Shown here: positions 59,794 through 64,000 of the stretch, piece by piece
Position numbering within the stretch: the first letter of the stretch is position 1
Layout: each line of letters opens with the position of its first letter
IMG/VR virus record: IMGVR_UViG_3300047554_000471
Location: 5,592 to 69,591 of that record
Strand: one strand, 5' to 3'
Origin: a virus
Length of the DNA: 64,000 bases
The notes under the pieces: model-generated
Told to the model about the DNA's origin: nothing
What the model saw: only the letters and a program-made list of their open reading frames with translations
Databases searched by the model: none
Translations under genes and position numbers: made by a program

Positions 59794-61761
59794 ATGGGTA
59801 GTCCTTTCGGAAAAAAATCAGTGCCTGGATCAACACAGGCTGAACTTGATCGTCGTGGTACGCAGTTGGGTGTTACATGGGCTGCAAAGCGTATGCCATG
59901 GATCCACGTGACAAGCTTGTCTAGTGGTTGTGGAGGTAAATTTGCAACCCTATCAAGTAAAGCTAGTGCACCACTATACGAAACAAACTATGTTCGACCT
60001 CTTCCAGTAGTAACTGGTGTCGATGTTAAAAAGCAAGGTGAATTAGGTACAACACGAAAAGCCACAATCAAACTTACAGCATTTTCAGATGATCAGCTTA
60101 GAGAATTACAAAAATGCTATTTTATTCCGGGAATGGGTTGTCGAGTTGAGTGGGGATGGAATGTGGATGCAGCTGGAACAAAAACACTAGGTCCAATTGG
60201 TTTAGCGAGGAACACATCAGATCCAAAAGCAATCTGTGCAATGAATACACGCGCAGAATCGCAAACACATTACGCAGGTATCCAAGGAATTGTAGCAAAC
60301 TTCTCTTACAATCTTACTAGAGATAATACTTGGGATTGTAGTATTGAAATCATAGCTGCATCAGAAGCGGTTGGTGGAAGTAAGGTGGCAACCTACAACT
60401 GTCCTGATTGCGCTCGTGAATATAAAAATGAGGAGAATGGTGAGGAGAAGAGTGCGGTAGAAAATAAATCAGACTTGTATACATTTTTCCATGATTTGTG
60501 GGAAAACTTCGAAACAGCCAAACCCAAATACCTACCAGGCCTACAAACTGTTGCGAGTCAGGACGATAAAACTGCAGTCATTACGCAGTATAACTATTTA
60601 GGTCCACAACGTACAGATAAAGGTGGTGATGATTCTAGCTGGTATGAGGGTGGTCTAGTTGGTGCTGTTATAGGAAATGAGGTTGACGCTACAGAAGGGT
60701 ATATATCATATGCCACACTAGAGGCTGCAATCAATAGGTTTTGTATTCCTACAACGGGAGGTAAGTACACTATCGGAAAACTTTCGAGTAACAGTATGCT
60801 GATATCTAACCACCCAAAACTCGAGTCTTCGGATCCAAGAGTTTGTATCATTCCAGGTACACCTAAGTCTGGTACCATAGCTAAGCCAGTCGGAGGAGGG
60901 GGATCATCAGCTATTCAAGGAAACAAAGTTATTCTAGATAATATAATGATCAACACGGTATTCCTCATGCTTGAATTAGATTCAGTAGAGAGTGGTGGTG
61001 ATCCAAAACTAATAACATTCTTACAAAACGTACTAAGAAAGATAAACGAGTGTTGTGGAAACTTGTGGGAATTTGAAGTCGTATCGACAAGTGAGGATTG
61101 TGCAAATCCAAAAAAAGTACCAACAATATCGGTAATCGATGCAAAGATATACGATCCAGCTCCAGCATATCAAGTACCATCAAAAGCTATAGGTGGAAAA
61201 GCCTCTGCTTTGCGTGAGTTAAAATTGGATATGAAAATGACTGAGAATATGAAAACTCAGGCACTATATGCAGGTGGATCGAATCAGCAAAAGGCAAAGA
61301 CAGAGTCTGGAGGTAATTGTGGAGCAAATGCGTTGAAAGGTTTTACGATGGGGAACTCCTACAAAAACCTTGCAGCACCACCGGCAACAGATCCGCCAAA
61401 ATGTGACTGTGAGGGAGCGGCACCAAACGAAAAGAAGCCATCATTTGATGAGTTGTTTGATAATCTAGGAGAAGAGGTAAATGATACGACAGCATCAGCT
61501 GCAAGATCGGCAATTATAGAAGCTTATGGAAAATCTGTAAATGCAGGTAACGACGAGCATTGTAAGGGTATGATTGTTCCGTTTGAGTTCAGCTTTACAA
61601 CAGACGGTATTGGAGGGTTTTCTTTTGGACAAATGGTATCAAGTGATCGTATCCCAGCTGAAGTAAGGAGTGCTTATGATTGGCAAGTTACATCTGTAGA
61701 GCATAGCATTACAGCAAACGATTGGACTACTACAGTAAACACAGTAATGAGATATAAGTAA
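59794..61761 (+). CDS. Baseplate hub-like protein
   Basis: PGMGCRVEWGWN, GIVANFSY, FTTDGIGGFSFG, VTSVEHSITANDWTT. Confidence 0.6.
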   Translation: MGSPFGKKSVPGSTQAELDRRGTQLGVTWAAKRMPWIHVTSLSSGCGGKFATLSSKASAPLYETNYVRPLPVVTGVDVKKQGELGTTRKATIKLTAFSDDQLRELQKCYFIPGMGCRVEWGWNVDAAGTKTLGPIGLARNTSDPKAICAMNTRAESQTHYAGIQGIVANFSYNLTRDNTWDCSIEIIAASEAVGGSKVATYNCPDCAREYKNEENGEEKSAVENKSDLYTFFHDLWENFETAKPKYLPGLQTVASQDDKTAVITQYNYLGPQRTDKGGDDSSWYEGGLVGAVIGNEVDATEGYISYATLEAAINRFCIPTTGGKYTIGKLSSNSMLISNHPKLESSDPRVCIIPGTPKSGTIAKPVGGGGSSAIQGNKVILDNIMINTVFLMLELDSVESGGDPKLITFLQNVLRKINECCGNLWEFEVVSTSEDCANPKKVPTISVIDAKIYDPAPAYQVPSKAIGGKASALRELKLDMKMTENMKTQALYAGGSNQQKAKTESGGNCGANALKGFTMGNSYKNLAAPPATDPPKCDCEGAAPNEKKPSFDELFDNLGEEVNDTTASAARSAIIEAYGKSVNAGNDEHCKGMIVPFEFSFTTDGIGGFSFGQMVSSDRIPAEVRSAYDWQVTSVEHSITANDWTTTVNTVMRYK

Positions 61762-62333
61762 TGGCAGTCAATAGAAGAGTCAGCGAATTTTCACCAGGTC
61801 GAAACGACAACACACACTTATATACAAAGGGTGGTGAGTTTAGTTTGGATGGTGTAGAATACGTTGGTGAGTATCATCTTATCGGGTCTGTTCCCAAGAC
61901 GGGACCAGTTGCTAATCCTGGCAATCGTGTACTGCAGAGATTGTATACTAATCCAGATCACTACGTCTATGATCGTTTAAGAAACTTTGATGTTACCGTT
62001 CTAAACTACGTAGAGCCAAAACCATATCTATATAACCCAACAGAACCTGATTACGTTGTTGGATATGATAACAGATACTTTGTTGAAAAGATTGAAGATG
62101 ATATGAGCTATGCTATTGAGATCAATCAAGACCAATACAATCTAATTGGTAAGAGGGGTGGTATCGATGGTGGATTGTATCCATCAGCAGTAGTTCGATG
62201 GAAGTTGACTGGAAAGAGATCAGATATCATCTCACACAACGAGATGGAGTTATACAAAGCATCGTTAGTAGTACCGAGTGTAAACTACGCAGTTCGAAAC
62301 TTTTTGGAGTTTGCTCGTATCACTTTAGTTTGA
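61761..62333 (+). CDS. Hypothetical (baseplate-associated) protein
   Basis: LYTKGGEF...YVGEYH; translationally coupled to the previous gene. Confidence 0.5.
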   Translation: MAVNRRVSEFSPGRNDNTHLYTKGGEFSLDGVEYVGEYHLIGSVPKTGPVANPGNRVLQRLYTNPDHYVYDRLRNFDVTVLNYVEPKPYLYNPTEPDYVVGYDNRYFVEKIEDDMSYAIEINQDQYNLIGKRGGIDGGLYPSAVVRWKLTGKRSDIISHNEMELYKASLVVPSVNYAVRNFLEFARITLV

Positions 62334-62359
62334 TAATCGAAATAAGTTACGTATAGTTG
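62329..62359 (+). promoter_or_regulatory. Bacteroidota-type (-33/-7) promoter for the polymerase gene
   Basis: TTTG (62329-62332), 19 nt, TATAGTTG (62352-62359); CGTATAGTTG identical to the primase promoter. Confidence 0.6.
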
Positions 62360-62364
62360 TCCAT

Positions 62365-63666
62365 ATGGTTATGGATACTATTCAGCAGTTACAGGATTTT
62401 ACAGCTCAGTCTGTATTCCTATATCCTATTGTGGAGGATAGTAGATTACATAACCACTTTAATAAGATTATTGGTTTTGTGCTGATCGACACAGACACTC
62501 GCAACACCATAACAATCAGCAACGGACATCCAGAAGGCATTTACAATTCTAATGACCTATCTTTCCTAAAAGGTCGTAAGGTATATTGCTACAATTGTAT
62601 GAGCATGAGATATGCTGGTTATGATGTATCTGAGTTTATAGATTGCAACATGCAGTATTACCTCTACACCAACCAACCATATACACCCGATACACCAACA
62701 ATCATCAATCATTACAATAGGCAGTATCAAAACTTCTACAAAGTTAATAGTTTAGTACCTCTGTATAAGCATGAGGAGATTGCTCTATCTATGTTTGAGG
62801 ATAGTTGGGTTAAGAATGTCCAACCAGGTTTAAACTTCTACCAAAATGAATTAGCAGAAGCTTTCTATCGTATAGAGAGTAATGGTATTAATGTTAATCG
62901 TGATAAGTTTATAGAGAGGTTTGGTCAGACGTTAAGTCTCAACAAAGAGTATTGTTACACTCAATATAACTTCTACACAACAACGGGAAGACCTAGTAAT
63001 CGATTTGGTGGAATTAACTTTGCGGCATTAAATAAAGAGGATGAGACTAGAGCTGTATTCCAAACAAGATATGATTCAGGTACTCTTGTGGAGATTGACT
63101 TTAATTCATATCACCCGAGATTGATTGCTCAGATCATCGGATACGACTTTGGAAGTGATAACGTATATGAACACTTAGCGTGTCACTATCACAATACAGA
63201 TAATCCAACTCAGGAGCAGATTGAAGAAGCTAAAGAAGGAACCTTTAGACAATTGTATGGGGGTATTCAACAACAGTACTTACACATACCATTCTTTAGT
63301 AAGACCAATGACATGGCAAAGTATCTTTGGAATAAAGCTGAGGAAGATGGTTTCATAGAAAGTCCAATATCAGGCAGAAGACTGATATTAAGCAATTATC
63401 AGGATATAACCTTATACACCCTATTCAACTACTTTGTTCAGATGTATGAAACAGAAACGAATGTTTTGATTCTAAACAAGCTGCATAAGTTGTTGGAGGG
63501 TAGCAAAATCAAACCAGTATTATATACATACGATAGTATTCTATTCGATGTCCCTGCAGAGGAAGTTCCACATCTTCTATCGGAAGTCATACCTCAAGCA
63601 ATTGATCTTGAGAAGTTCCCAATCAAGATAAAGCACGGGACTACTTACAAAAACCTTAGCGTTTAA
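62365..63666 (+). CDS. Compact family A DNA polymerase-like protein
   Basis: TTTGRPS, motif A VEIDFNSYHPR, motif B AKEGTFRQLYG, NYFVQ, motif C YTYDSILFD. Confidence 0.8.
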   Translation: MVMDTIQQLQDFTAQSVFLYPIVEDSRLHNHFNKIIGFVLIDTDTRNTITISNGHPEGIYNSNDLSFLKGRKVYCYNCMSMRYAGYDVSEFIDCNMQYYLYTNQPYTPDTPTIINHYNRQYQNFYKVNSLVPLYKHEEIALSMFEDSWVKNVQPGLNFYQNELAEAFYRIESNGINVNRDKFIERFGQTLSLNKEYCYTQYNFYTTTGRPSNRFGGINFAALNKEDETRAVFQTRYDSGTLVEIDFNSYHPRLIAQIIGYDFGSDNVYEHLACHYHNTDNPTQEQIEEAKEGTFRQLYGGIQQQYLHIPFFSKTNDMAKYLWNKAEEDGFIESPISGRRLILSNYQDITLYTLFNYFVQMYETETNVLILNKLHKLLEGSKIKPVLYTYDSILFDVPAEEVPHLLSEVIPQAIDLEKFPIKIKHGTTYKNLSV

Positions 63667-63700
63667 TTGCAACTCGTGATATTTATTAGCAAAAGATATC

Positions 63701-63943
63701 ATGGCAAAAGGACAGTTGGATGTATTAGAAAGCTTGATCCGTAAGGAGCTTGAAGCATACTTACGTGAGAACAAGATCAAGTTCAGAAGATTGAACGAAC
63801 TTGAATCGACAACCAATGCCGCTGATGATCAAAAGGTTGCAGCACTAAAACAAAAAAAAGCGGACCTAGAAAAGAAAGCTGCACAAAACGATGCTGAGAT
63901 TGCAAAAATCAAACAGCAGATTGACGCGATAGAGAAGAAGTAA
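63701..63943 (+). CDS. Small coiled-coil protein with L-x-E leader
   Basis: VLE, IRKE, LRE, LNE; preceded by TATTTATT at 63680. Confidence 0.55.
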   Translation: MAKGQLDVLESLIRKELEAYLRENKIKFRRLNELESTTNAADDQKVAALKQKKADLEKKAAQNDAEIAKIKQQIDAIEKK

Positions 63944-63946
63944 TAA

Positions 63947-64000
63947 ATGAGACCACAATTATTGTGCACATTCACGTACGTAGATAAGCTTACTGTTAGC
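63947..64000 (+). CDS. Start of a hypothetical protein (truncated by window end)
   Basis: ATG after TAATAA, reads MRPQLLCTFTYVDKLTVS. Confidence 0.5.
   Translation, partial: MRPQLLCTFTYVDKLTVS

Larger units (their letters stand above)
3823..63687 (+). promoter_or_regulatory. Recurrent TATTTAT(A/T) motif, probable phage late promoter (dispersed copies)
   Basis: Copies at 3823, 5747, 13510, 15630, 17524, 22655, 25582, 27467, 31104, 33927, 34732, 41327, 42789, 43280, 46790, 50079, 50414, 52835, 53414, 54564, 63680, all just upstream of gene starts. Confidence 0.8.

Noticed and set aside
3823-63687. Reading TATTTATA as minus-strand T4 late promoters (TATAAATA) driving antisense genes
   Set aside because: No credible minus-strand genes; motif position tracks plus-strand starts and follows plus-strand terminators.
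1-64000. Stop-codon reassignment (TAG is rarely or never used as a gene stop)
   Set aside because: Standard code already gives intact full-length conserved genes at high density; no fragmentation at TAG or TGA.
1-64000. tRNA or rRNA genes
   Set aside because: Intergenic gaps are short and I saw no cloverleaf with T-loop consensus; tRNAscan-SE would confirm.

Overview
This 64-kb window is the virion-morphogenesis region of a large T4-like (myovirus) bacteriophage. Essentially all genes lie on the + strand at very high coding density. In order: baseplate genes, an embedded resolvase/primase/Mre11-Rad50 island, probable internal head cargo and lysis genes, terminase, portal, prohead protease, scaffold, major capsid, PhoH, neck and tail-terminator genes, cadherin-, S/T-rich and collagen fibre genes with a 2OG-Fe(II) oxygenase, sheath, tube, tail assembly chaperone, tape measure, baseplate hub and a compact family A DNA polymerase. 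The host is probably a Bacteroidota member (inferred from -33/-7 type promoters, A-rich starts mostly without Shine-Dalgarno, and a signal peptide exposing Gln). Most interesting observations: (1) a family of small proteins and an 856-aa multi-enzyme protein carrying L/I-x-E prohead-protease-type sites at N-termini and domain junctions, suggesting a packaged, protease-released cargo/polyprotein system; (2) a TATTTAT motif before at least 21 genes; (3) two structured leader RNAs; (4) an unannotated +1 frameshift extension of the tail chaperone; (5) a pervasive [S/T]-x-S motif in surface virion proteins, plus a Gly-Pro-Thr collagen next to a prolyl-hydroxylase-like enzyme. All product calls come from motif reading only; no database searches were run.
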